A stretch of 47,186 nt of DNA from Nitrospinota bacterium (GTDB lineage Bacteria > Nitrospinota_A > UBA7883 > JADGGD01). A program made the translations under genes and the position numbers. The notes below the pieces were generated by a model. It had not been told where the DNA came from. It ran no database searches and saw only the letters and a list, made by a program, of their open reading frames with translations. The stretch is taken from NCBI GenBank assembly GCA_015229165.1, contig JADGCD010000002.1:1-47186 (forward strand), written 5' to 3'. Shown here one piece after another: positions 19,773 through 27,725 of the stretch; within the stretch, counting starts at the first letter, position 1; each line of letters begins with the position of its first letter.

Positions 19773-21134
19773 CTACATACCTTCCCCCCGATACCGCTCG
19801 AACCGGGGGCGCAAATCGGCGGGCGCCACGAACACCCATGAGTTCCCCGGCTTCACCTTGTCCAGAAGCGCCAGTTCGTCGGAAAGCTCCAGCAGGTCGT
19901 TGCGCGCGGAGTTCCGGGAGATGTCGTACTCCCGTGCGTGCGCGGCGAAGCTGTACTCATACCCCGGATGCCGCAGCGCATGGCGGAGCAATTCCTTCTG
20001 CCGGAAATTGAGTCGTCGTCCCAGCTCCTGCCCCAAGATCGTTTCGGCGTCTCGGGTCTGCTCGGCCTTGTATTGCACCTCATCAATTAGCCGCTCAATT
20101 TCGAGGCGGATCACCTCCAGTTGGTCGATGATGAAGTAGGTCAGGTCGTTCCCGTCGGTCTCGCTGTGGAGATAGGAGGCGCTATATTCTTTCTTGCGCT
20201 TCTTGATGGCGCCCGAAATCGACAGAAACTCGATCAGGCTGTAGCCGCTCCTCAGCGCTTGCCAGTAGAAAAGGGCGCGGGCGGTACGACCGTTCCCGTC
20301 AACGAATGGGTGGTCATAGCCGATCATGAAGTGGAGGATAATCGCCTTGACCAGCGGATGGATAAAAACGATCCCGTCCTGTTCGTTGGCGAATCGGCAG
20401 AGCCGCTCCAACCGTACGGGGAGTTCTGCGGCGGGTGGAGGGGAGTGAACAGGGGTCAAGTCTCCCTCTCGCCAATAGACCGCCACTTGCTCCTCGGGGC
20501 GGCGAAACCGCCCCGCCTGATCCGGTATCGCCAAGGTTCCCTCGGTGAGCGTTTTGTGGAGGGTAAAGACGATCTCCGGGGTAAGGGGTTCGTCGCCACG
20601 GCTTCGAATGTACTCCATGGCGTCATAGTTGTTCAGGATCATCCGCTCGCTTTTGTCGACCGGTCTCCTTTTTTGGCGGATCATCTCCTTGGCGACGACG
20701 CGCGTCGTGGTGGCCCCTTCGATCTGGCTGGAGTAGATCGCTTCATCGATCAATGCTTGAAGACGAATGGAGCGGCCCTGTGCCGGGTTTCGCAGGTCGA
20801 CCAGATCGACGGCGACGCTTTCCCCCGCATGCCCGAGCCATTCCAGCTCCCTTTGCACCATGTCCGGAAGGGTGAAGACAAATCCTGTCCCCCTTTTGTC
20901 GACAAAGGGGAGCTTCTTTTGCGTCATGGAGCGGGAGAGCTTGGTGGCGAACCACCACTCCTCGACCGACAACCCCTCTGGCGGGGTGCGTCTTTTCAGT
21001 TCCGCCCAATGGAGATAGCGCCCCTTGTAGTCCACGGGAGAGAAATGAGGGACCAGTTTTGCAAAGGCCCCAGATTCTTTGCCGATACGATCGGAAAGCA
21101 ACGCAAAGTCAGGGGGAGATTCGGGAATTCTCAT
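19773..21134 (-). CDS. Fic/DOC family protein (class II, internal inhibitory helix) with a C-terminal winged-helix-like region
   Basis: A 453-aa protein with the Fic motif HPFVDGNGRTARA. The upstream SSQIEG matches the [ST]xxxE[GN] auto-inhibitory motif. GC content looks lower than in the flanking core genes. Confidence 0.9.
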   Translation of the reverse strand: MRIPESPPDFALLSDRIGKESGAFAKLVPHFSPVDYKGRYLHWAELKRRTPPEGLSVEEWWFATKLSRSMTQKKLPFVDKRGTGFVFTLPDMVQRELEWLGHAGESVAVDLVDLRNPAQGRSIRLQALIDEAIYSSQIEGATTTRVVAKEMIRQKRRPVDKSERMILNNYDAMEYIRSRGDEPLTPEIVFTLHKTLTEGTLAIPDQAGRFRRPEEQVAVYWREGDLTPVHSPPPAAELPVRLERLCRFANEQDGIVFIHPLVKAIILHFMIGYDHPFVDGNGRTARALFYWQALRSGYSLIEFLSISGAIKKRKKEYSASYLHSETDGNDLTYFIIDQLEVIRLEIERLIDEVQYKAEQTRDAETILGQELGRRLNFRQKELLRHALRHPGYEYSFAAHAREYDISRNSARNDLLELSDELALLDKVKPGNSWVFVAPADLRPRFERYRGEGM

Positions 21135-21154
21135 AGAATCGACCTATATTTTAT

Positions 21155-21272
21155 ATGAAATATCAACGAAGTGTCAGCAACTGTCAACTTTGACACTTAG
21201 CCCCCCTCAGCCCAGCGAAAAATGGCATATCATGAAATATAAACAAAGTGTTAGCAACTGTCAACTTTGACA
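21155..21272. repeat. two copies of a 41-bp direct repeat (38/41 identical), 77-bp period
   Basis: Copy 1 (21155-21195): ATGAAATATCAACGAAGTGTCAGCAACTGTCAACTTTGACA. Copy 2 (21232-21272): ATGAAATATAAACAAAGTGTTAGCAACTGTCAACTTTGACA. Both lie in the AT-rich spacer between the fic start and the comM stop. Confidence 0.9.
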
Positions 21273-21328
21273 GCTGCCTCATTCTCCACCACCTGTCACT
21301 TATTGTCAACAACTGTCAATTATGACAG
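21181..21328. promoter_or_regulatory. array of three 16-bp palindromes, CTGTCA-N4-TGACAG (= CTGT-N8-ACAG); putative operators upstream of fic
   Basis: O1 at 21181-21196 is CTGTCAACTTTGACAC. O2 at 21258-21273 is CTGTCAACTTTGACAG. O3 at 21313-21328 is CTGTCAATTATGACAG. Extra TGTCA half-sites occur at about 21172, 21293 and 21303. O1 overlaps a minus-strand TTGACA that could serve as the fic -35. Confidence 0.5.
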
Positions 21329-21353
21329 TTACTGACTAGCAACATACATTAAA

Positions 21354-22889
21354 TCAAAGGTTATCCCTGTCAAGGCTCCGGTACTGCACCGCTTCGGAGA
21401 GGTGCATCGCCTCGATCTTCTCTTTCCCGGCCAAGTCGGCGATCGTCCGGGCGACTTTCAGAATCTTCTCGTGCGCCCGGGCGGAGAGCCCCAGCCGGTC
21501 AACGGCGGTCTTGAGCAACTGCCGCGACGGTTCGTCGAGGACGCAATGTTTCCTGGTCTCCTTGTTCCCCATCCGGGCGTTGGCGTAGATGCCGCTTCCG
21601 GCGAACCGGGCAAGCTGGATGTCCCGCGCCCTGTTCACACGGGCCCGAATGGCGGCGGACGACTCGCCGGGAGGACTCTCCATCATCTGCTGGTACTTCA
21701 CCGCCGGGGCCTCCACATGCAGGTCGATCCGGTCGAGGAGCGGACCGGATATGCGGCTCCGGTATTTGCGGATCATGTGGCCGGTGCAGCCGCATTCCTT
21801 GTCGGGGTCGGTGTAGTAGCCGCAGGGGCAGGGGTTCATGGCGGCCAGCAACATGAACCGACAGGGATAGGTGACGCTCATGGCGGCCCGGCTGATGGTG
21901 ACGGTCCCCTCCTCCAGCGGCTGGCGCATCACTTCCAACACGTTCCGACGAAACTCCGGCAGCTCGTCGAGAAACAGCACCCCGTTATGCGCCAACGATA
22001 CTTCGCCGGGGATGGGGGTGGTCCCCCCGCCGATGAGCCCGGCGTCGGAGATGGTGTGATGCGGCGACCGGAACGGGCGGCGGACCACCAGCGCCCGGCG
22101 CCCTTCGAGCTTTCCGGAGACGCTGTGTATCCGCGTCGTCTCCACCGCTTCGTCGTAGGTGATGTCGGGGAGTATGGTGGGGAGCCGCTTGGCCATCATC
22201 GACTTGCCGGAGCCGGGAGGGCCGATGAGGAGCGCGTTATGCCCGCCGGCGGCGGCTACCTCCAAGGCCCGTTTGACGTGCCCCTGTCCTTTCACGTCGG
22301 CGAAATCGTCGTCGTACCCGGCGCCGATCCCCTGCGCGAAAAGGGAGGGGGCGTGGATGGTGGTGGGGGTGAGGGCCAGTTTTCCCGACAAGTACTCCAC
22401 CACCTGCGGCAGCGAATCGACGCCGATGACGGTGACCCCCTCGGCCACCGCCGCCTCTTCGGCGTTCTCCGCCGGGACGACGATCCGGGCCACCCCCCGG
22501 TCCCGCGCCAGCAGGGCCAGTGAAATGATCCCCCGCACCGGCTTGACCCGGCCGTCGAGAGCCAGCTCGCCGAAGAACATGCTGTCGGCGAGGTCGGCGT
22601 CGAGTATCCCGTCGGCCTGCAGGATCCCCAGGGCGATGGGGAGGTCGAATGCGGCGCCCTCCTTTCGCACGTCGGCGGGGGCGAGGTTGACGGTGATCCG
22701 TTTGACCGGACATTCGAACCCGGCGTTGGCGATGGCGGCCAGAATCCGCTCCTGCGACTCCCGGATGGCGGTGTCGGGGAGGCCGACGGTGGCGTAGGCG
22801 AAGACTCCCGGCGCCAGATTGACCTCCACCTCCACCGGAAAGGCGGAGACGCCGAAGACGGAGGCGCTCTGGGCGCGGGCGACGGGCAT
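21354..22889 (-). CDS. comM: YifB/ComM family Mg-chelatase-like AAA+ ATPase
   Basis: A 511-aa protein from [14 protein letters not shown] (ATG at 22887-22889). It has an N-terminal Lon-protease-like domain, Walker [10 protein letters not shown], and a C-terminal Mg-chelatase subunit ChlI-like region. Confidence 0.92.
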   Translation of the reverse strand: MPVARAQSASVFGVSAFPVEVEVNLAPGVFAYATVGLPDTAIRESQERILAAIANAGFECPVKRITVNLAPADVRKEGAAFDLPIALGILQADGILDADLADSMFFGELALDGRVKPVRGIISLALLARDRGVARIVVPAENAEEAAVAEGVTVIGVDSLPQVVEYLSGKLALTPTTIHAPSLFAQGIGAGYDDDFADVKGQGHVKRALEVAAAGGHNALLIGPPGSGKSMMAKRLPTILPDITYDEAVETTRIHSVSGKLEGRRALVVRRPFRSPHHTISDAGLIGGGTTPIPGEVSLAHNGVLFLDELPEFRRNVLEVMRQPLEEGTVTISRAAMSVTYPCRFMLLAAMNPCPCGYYTDPDKECGCTGHMIRKYRSRISGPLLDRIDLHVEAPAVKYQQMMESPPGESSAAIRARVNRARDIQLARFAGSGIYANARMGNKETRKHCVLDEPSRQLLKTAVDRLGLSARAHEKILKVARTIADLAGKEKIEAMHLSEAVQYRSLDRDNL

Positions 22890-22958
22890 CGGGAGGTCCT
22901 TAAAGTATAAAATGGCTTCGCCATCGTAGAGCGGCCCCGGGGAGGGTGTCAACCATCC

Positions 22959-22986
22959 TTGCTCTTCGTAAGCGGTATAGTATAAT
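22959..22986 (+). promoter_or_regulatory. candidate sigma70 promoter of the DUF262-HEPN operon
   Basis: TTGCTC (22959-22964), a 16-nt spacer, then a perfect TATAAT (22981-22986). GAGGAAG lies 8 nt upstream of the ATG at 23039. Confidence 0.5.
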
Positions 22987-23038
22987 AATTACCGAGCGGC
23001 ACGTCTGACATTTTCACTATTTAGAGGAAGTGAACATC

Positions 23039-24154
23039 ATGCTTTCCGACGAGATTACAATAACACAGCGTCAAGTTCGAACAGATGCATATCAAATGTC
23101 GATTGGCGAAATCGTCAGCATGTACGAAAAGTCTGAAATTATTGTTGACCCGGAGTTTCAGCGCCTATTTCGATGGAAGATTAGCCAGAAAACAAAGCTA
23201 ATTGAATCCATACTTCTTGGGATACCGTTGCCATCCATTTTTGTCTTTGAAAAAGACGATGGCACTTGGGAATTGATTGATGGCCTTCAAAGAATCTCCA
23301 CAATTCTAGAATTCATGGGCATTTTGAAATCACCTGAAGGGAGTTTGCTACCTCCATCCATTCTTGAATCCACTAAATACTTACCCTCACTTCATAATGC
23401 CGTTTGGGAAAGGTCAAAGGAGATTGTCGATACATTATTGAAGGAGCAGATGCCATTCGACAAGTCGCAGCAACTTGCTATCAAACGTAGCCGAATTGGA
23501 GTTGAGATTCTTAAACGGCCTAGCGATGATCAAGCAAAATACGATCTGTTTCAAAGACTAAATGCTGGTGGAACTTTGGCAAATGCGCAAGAACTGCGCA
23601 ACTGCATTATTCTAATGATAAATAGGAAGTATTTCCATGCAATAAAGAAAGTCGCTGATAGCCCTCATTTCCGGAGAGTAATTTCCGTGACAGAGGAGCA
23701 GGTTGAAAAGCAAAGGCATTTGGAAATGGCGGTGCGATTCCTAGTTCATGTCAACATTGATTATGATGGGAAGCTGGATGTCGAAGAGTATATTGATGAG
23801 GGTATCATTGAGTTATCTAGACTTGGGAAAGGCAAATCTGCCGCCGACTTAATCGATAAAACATTTAGGATACTCGATGATATTGCAGGGGAAAATGCTC
23901 TGAAGCGCTTCCAAAGAGGCAGCTACACTGGAAAGGTAGGCCTTGTTGGCTTAGAGGGTATTGCTGTTGGCATTGGAAAGAATATTGATGCAATTTCCGA
24001 TCTTGCCCCTATTAAAGCTAAAAAGTTTATTGAAGATAGAATCAAAAAATTCTGGTCTGCTCCTGAGTGCGAAAGCTTCACCTCACCTGGGCTACGTGGC
24101 ACAACTCGTATCCAAAGAACAGTGCCATTTGGCCATAAATGGTTTCGACCATGA
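23039..24154 (+). CDS. DUF262 (ParB/Srx-fold, GmrS-like) domain protein, stand-alone with no DUF1524/HNH half
   Basis: A 371-aa protein (ATG at 23039; the track starts 9 nt earlier at a GTG). Signatures: PEFQRLFRW, DGLQR (23279-23293), FQRLNAGGTLANAQELRN. GC is about 40%. Confidence 0.85.
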   Translation: MLSDEITITQRQVRTDAYQMSIGEIVSMYEKSEIIVDPEFQRLFRWKISQKTKLIESILLGIPLPSIFVFEKDDGTWELIDGLQRISTILEFMGILKSPEGSLLPPSILESTKYLPSLHNAVWERSKEIVDTLLKEQMPFDKSQQLAIKRSRIGVEILKRPSDDQAKYDLFQRLNAGGTLANAQELRNCIILMINRKYFHAIKKVADSPHFRRVISVTEEQVEKQRHLEMAVRFLVHVNIDYDGKLDVEEYIDEGIIELSRLGKGKSAADLIDKTFRILDDIAGENALKRFQRGSYTGKVGLVGLEGIAVGIGKNIDAISDLAPIKAKKFIEDRIKKFWSAPECESFTSPGLRGTTRIQRTVPFGHKWFRP

Positions 24155-24798
24155 GCAAACCATATACTGGAGAAGATTTTTCTGCTCAAATCATTGATGA
24201 CAGAAATTGGCGAATAAAGGAGATTTCAGACTTAAAATCGGCGATCAAGAGTGGAGACTCGAGATTGCAGAAGGTCCTGTTACGCTCTTTAGTCACTATC
24301 TGCTATGCGCACTGGGAGGGATATATTAGATTTGCAGCCAGAAAGTATATGGAGCATGTATCACTTCGAAGAATGCCTTACAGTGCGCTGGAACCACAAT
24401 TTCTTAAGAATTATTTCCTGCCCCGATTAGCTGCGCTTTCCACTTCCAGGACAAGCATCAAAGAGCGGTGTGAACTTATTACCGAAATTCTTCAAGCATC
24501 AGAGCGGCGCTTCAGTTATGTCAACAATGATCTCATTAACACAAAGGCTAACTTAAACTTTGAGGTTTTTGCTGATATTTGTCTTGTCTGTGGACTTCCA
24601 ATATCCGATTTTGGTGGCCAGTCCACCTTTATTGACGTCCTCCTATTGAAGCGTCGGAACTCCATTGCCCATGGAGAGGAAACTTTCGTTCATATTGACG
24701 ACTTGGACGAATTGGCAGATAGTACCATTTCGCTGATGCGCGCCTTCGGTGACTCTCTTGAAAACAGGGTGGTTTTGCAGACATTCAAGGTAAATTAG
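24151..24798 (+). CDS. HEPN-like putative RNase (Rx4H motif RNSIAH)
   Basis: A 215-aa protein starting MSKPYTGEDF. Its ATG overlaps the DUF262 stop as ATGA (24151-24154). The R-N-S-I-A-H motif is at 24655-24672. The sequence looks helical and low in GC. From memory it resembles the MAE_28990/MAE_18760-type HEPN family. Confidence 0.7.
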   Translation: MSKPYTGEDFSAQIIDDRNWRIKEISDLKSAIKSGDSRLQKVLLRSLVTICYAHWEGYIRFAARKYMEHVSLRRMPYSALEPQFLKNYFLPRLAALSTSRTSIKERCELITEILQASERRFSYVNNDLINTKANLNFEVFADICLVCGLPISDFGGQSTFIDVLLLKRRNSIAHGEETFVHIDDLDELADSTISLMRAFGDSLENRVVLQTFKVN

Positions 24799-24869
24799 AT
24801 TAGTATTCTTTCTTTGCTCTGCCTGCCTTTCCCTTGCCCCCCGTCGTCCGCCGGGGGTATCCTCGAACC

Positions 24870-25292
24870 ATGGAGATCGATCCCCCCCCCTCGCTGATGG
24901 CCAAGGTCCGGCGGCTGGCCCGCCTGCGGACGTTGCTCGCCCAGGCGCGCCGTCTCGACCGGCGGGAGAAATACCGCCTCTACATGAGCATGATGGGCGC
25001 CGACCCGGCGTGGATCGAAGGAGAGGACTGGGCCTTCATCCTCCACAAGCTGGTGGCAGGCTCGCACAACGTGGCCGCGTTCGAGAAAGAGGCGACCCGG
25101 TTGGAGCAGGAGCTTCGGGGGGAGGCGGCGCTGGCCGGTGACGATCCGGCCCGGTGGCACAAGCGGGCGCTGGAAACGGAGCCGACGTTTCTCGACCCGG
25201 TCCTCGACCTGGTCCACCGGAAGATCGCCGCCTTCTACGCCTACGCTGGCGATCCGGCCCGGGGGATGTCGGCGCAGCGGCCCGAGCCGTGA
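24870..25292 (+). CDS. hypothetical protein, translationally coupled to thiD
   Basis: A 140-aa protein from MEIDPPPSLMAKV. GC3 is very high. Its stop overlaps the thiD GTG start as GTGA at 25289-25292. I recognised no domain. Confidence 0.55.
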   Translation: MEIDPPPSLMAKVRRLARLRTLLAQARRLDRREKYRLYMSMMGADPAWIEGEDWAFILHKLVAGSHNVAAFEKEATRLEQELRGEAALAGDDPARWHKRALETEPTFLDPVLDLVHRKIAAFYAYAGDPARGMSAQRPEP

Positions 25293-26086
25293 CCGCCCCG
25301 GCGCGCCCGGTGGCGCTCACCATCGCCGGGTCGGACCCTTCCGGCGGGGCGGGGATACAAGGCGACCTGAAAACCTTCGCCGCCTGCGGGGTCTACGGGG
25401 CCGCCGCCATCGCCGCGCTGACGGTCCAGAACACGCAAGGGGTCACCGACGCCGTCGGGGTCGAACCGTCGTTCGTCGCGGCGCAGGTGACGGCGGTCCT
25501 CGACGACCTGCCCGTCGGCGCCATCAAGACCGGCATGCTCTTCGACGCCGGGATTATCGAGGCGGTGGCGACGGTATTGGCGGGACGCGGGGAGATCCCG
25601 CTGGTCGTGGACCCGGTGATGGTTTCGACCAGCGGTCATCGTCTGTTGAAGCCCGATGCGGTGGAGGCGATCAGGACAAGGCTCCTGCCACTGGCGACCA
25701 TCGTCACCCCCAACGGGCCGGAAGCCTTCGACCTGACCGGCGTCGTCGTGACCGACGAGGAGTCGATGCGAAAGGCGGCGGAGAAGATCGCGGCGATGGG
25801 GCCGCAAGGGGTGGTGATCAAGGGGGGGCACCACCGTCAAGGGTCGAGCGCGATCGATCTGCTGTTGTTCGATGGGGTCTTCAGCCGGTTCGAACGTCCC
25901 TGGATCGAGACGCCGTACACCCACGGCTCCGGCTGCGCCTTCGCTTCCGCCATCACGGCGGGACTGGCCAAGGGGCTCACCGTTCCCGACGCCGTAGCGG
26001 AAGCCGAAGCGTTCATCGGCAAGGCCATCGCTTCGGCCTACCGCATCGGCCTCGGGATCAACAGTCCGGTGAATCACTTTTCCTAA
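25289..26086 (+). CDS. thiD: hydroxymethylpyrimidine/phosphomethylpyrimidine kinase
   Basis: A 265-aa protein from a GTG start, reading VTAPARPVALTIAGSDPSGGAGIQGDLKTF...; it also has GSGCAFASAI. The track ORF is over-extended at its 5' end. Confidence 0.92.
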   Translation: MTAPARPVALTIAGSDPSGGAGIQGDLKTFAACGVYGAAAIAALTVQNTQGVTDAVGVEPSFVAAQVTAVLDDLPVGAIKTGMLFDAGIIEAVATVLAGRGEIPLVVDPVMVSTSGHRLLKPDAVEAIRTRLLPLATIVTPNGPEAFDLTGVVVTDEESMRKAAEKIAAMGPQGVVIKGGHHRQGSSAIDLLLFDGVFSRFERPWIETPYTHGSGCAFASAITAGLAKGLTVPDAVAEAEAFIGKAIASAYRIGLGINSPVNHFS

Positions 26087-26218
26087 GAGTGTTGTTGGGG
26101 AAAGGGTGAGACGGCGGTTGTCGCTGCGACTGTATTGTGGGGAGGCTGCATTCCCCCTTCATGTGTCCAGCGGTCGCCCACGAGAGGGGCGGCGCCACTC
26201 GGCCACCAAGCGTTCAAT

Positions 26219-26251
26219 AAAAAACCCGGCAGGAGGGAGAGTCCTGCCGGG
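26219..26251 (-). terminator. Rho-independent terminator downstream of flgE
   Basis: A perfect 10-bp stem (26225-26234 CCCGGCAGGA / 26242-26251 TCCTGCCGGG) with a 7-nt loop. On the minus strand it is followed by UUUUUU (A26219-A26224). It lies about 140 nt after the flgE stop. Confidence 0.8.
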
Positions 26252-26389
26252 TCGGGAGTGGGTCCGGTGGGAGCCGGAACCCAAAGCGGAAAACAAAGGC
26301 GGAGAAGGTAATCGTATCAATGAGGCCGTTTTCATAAAGAGAGGGGAGGTCGTCATCCATGACGGTTTCCCGCTCTCACCATGGCGTTC

Positions 26390-27655
26390 TTACCGGACCA
26401 GGTTCACCACCTCTTGCAGCATCTGGTCCACCGTCGTCACGATCCGGCTGTTGGCCTGGTAGGCCCGCTGGTTCTGGATCATCGTGACGAACTGCTCCGA
26501 CAGGTCGACGTTGCTCATTTCCAGCGCCGAGCCGTAGATCGATCCGAATCCCCCCGCCTTGGCCACCCCGAAGATCGGCTGCCCCGACTGGGCCGTTTCG
26601 CCGAAGAGGGTGTCGCCCGACCGGGTCAGCCCCCAGGGGGAGAGGAAGTCCGCCAGCTGCACCTGATAGAGCTGCTGCGTCTGCCCGTTGCTGAAGAGCC
26701 CCGAGATGATCCCCTCGCCGTCCACCGAGAGCCCCCGGAGGACGCCGGTGGAGTAGCCGTCCTGCACCACCGAGTTGGTCACCGAGTCGGAGGCGTAGCT
26801 GGTCAATTCGCCAAGCGATGCCCCCGTGACCCCGTTGACGAGGGTCCAGGTGGTGTTCAGCGGCTGCGCCCCCGAGGGGAACCCGCTGATGGTCAGCGTC
26901 TGGTTGGCCACGGCGCCCCCGTCGATCTGGGTCAGCTGGCCGGTGGCCGAGAAGGTGGCCGTGCCGTTGACCCCGGTGCCGGCGAGCACGGTCCCGGCGG
27001 GACCGGTGGCGGCGAAGGTCCACTCCAGCGGCGTCACCGATTTCGTGAAGGTGTAGGTGATGGTCACCGGTTCGCCCACGGCGTTGTAGACGTTCATCGA
27101 GGTGGCGAAGGTGGCGCCCGCCGAGGCGGCGGCGTCGAGGTTGATGCCGAACTTGAAGGTCGAAGTCGCCTTCGGCACCGACTGGACGCCGGAGATGTCG
27201 ATGTCGCCGGCCGACGAGGCCCGGGTGATGGCGCCGGAGGTGTTGGTGGAGAGCTGATACCCCTGCACGTAGTAGCCGTTGGCGTTGGAGAGCTTCCCGT
27301 TCTGGTCCAGGATGAACTGCCCGGCGCGGGTGTAATAGGTGCCGTTGGTGAAGCCGGGGTTCCTGACCACGAAGAACCCGGCGCCCTGGATGGCCATGTC
27401 GGTGGCGTTGCCGGTGGTCTCGAAGGACCCCTGCGAGAAGGAGGCCGACACGTCGCTGATGGCGGCGCCCCGTCCGAACTGCAGGTTGGTGGCGCCGTTG
27501 GCCACCTGGTTGGCCAGGATGTCGGCGAAGACGGCCCGGTTGCCCCGGAAACCGACGGTGTTGACGTTGGCGATGTTGTCGCCGGTGACGTTCATGGCGT
27601 TGCCGTAGGTCTGAAGACCCGACACGCCGGTGTACATCGCACTCTGCAGGCTCAT
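26390..27655 (-). CDS. flgE: flagellar hook protein FlgE
   Basis: A 421-aa protein with N-terminal MSLQSAMYTGVSGLQTYGNAMNVTGDNIANVNTVGF and C-terminal ...QNQRAYQANSRIVTTVDQMLQEVVNL. Confidence 0.95.
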   Translation of the reverse strand: MSLQSAMYTGVSGLQTYGNAMNVTGDNIANVNTVGFRGNRAVFADILANQVANGATNLQFGRGAAISDVSASFSQGSFETTGNATDMAIQGAGFFVVRNPGFTNGTYYTRAGQFILDQNGKLSNANGYYVQGYQLSTNTSGAITRASSAGDIDISGVQSVPKATSTFKFGINLDAAASAGATFATSMNVYNAVGEPVTITYTFTKSVTPLEWTFAATGPAGTVLAGTGVNGTATFSATGQLTQIDGGAVANQTLTISGFPSGAQPLNTTWTLVNGVTGASLGELTSYASDSVTNSVVQDGYSTGVLRGLSVDGEGIISGLFSNGQTQQLYQVQLADFLSPWGLTRSGDTLFGETAQSGQPIFGVAKAGGFGSIYGSALEMSNVDLSEQFVTMIQNQRAYQANSRIVTTVDQMLQEVVNLVR

Positions 27656-27725
27656 GATCGATTCTCCTTGTTCCGCTTTTTTACGGCCGCTCCGATGAGC
27701 GCCCGGTATCCCCTTTGTTCCGCTT

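Noticed and set aside
21155-21272. Each 41-bp repeat can be read as a 12-codon mini-ORF (MKYQRSVSNCQL* and MKYKQSVSNCQL*) on the plus strand
   Set aside because: Neither ATG has a Shine-Dalgarno sequence upstream, and the ORFs are tiny. The repeat is better explained by the embedded palindromic operators. I keep this only as a curiosity; ribosome profiling would be needed to revive it.
22956-24824. A 14-nt imperfect direct repeat (11/14) flanking the low-GC islet, as possible att sites
   Set aside because: It is too short and imperfect to distinguish from chance. The left copy overlaps the putative -35. No integrase is present.
24795-25217. Minus-strand 140-aa ORF overlapping the hypothetical gene upstream of thiD
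   Set aside because: The plus-strand frame (24870..25292) has the strong third-position GC bias of real genes here and is start/stop-coupled to thiD. The minus-strand frame looks like a shadow ORF.
26159-26360. A small minus-strand ORF downstream of flgE (65 aa in the track) and an alternative 49-aa frame (MDDDLPSLYENG...)
   Set aside because: Both run through the strong terminator hairpin at 26225-26251. Neither has a convincing RBS or any recognisable flagellar-protein similarity.
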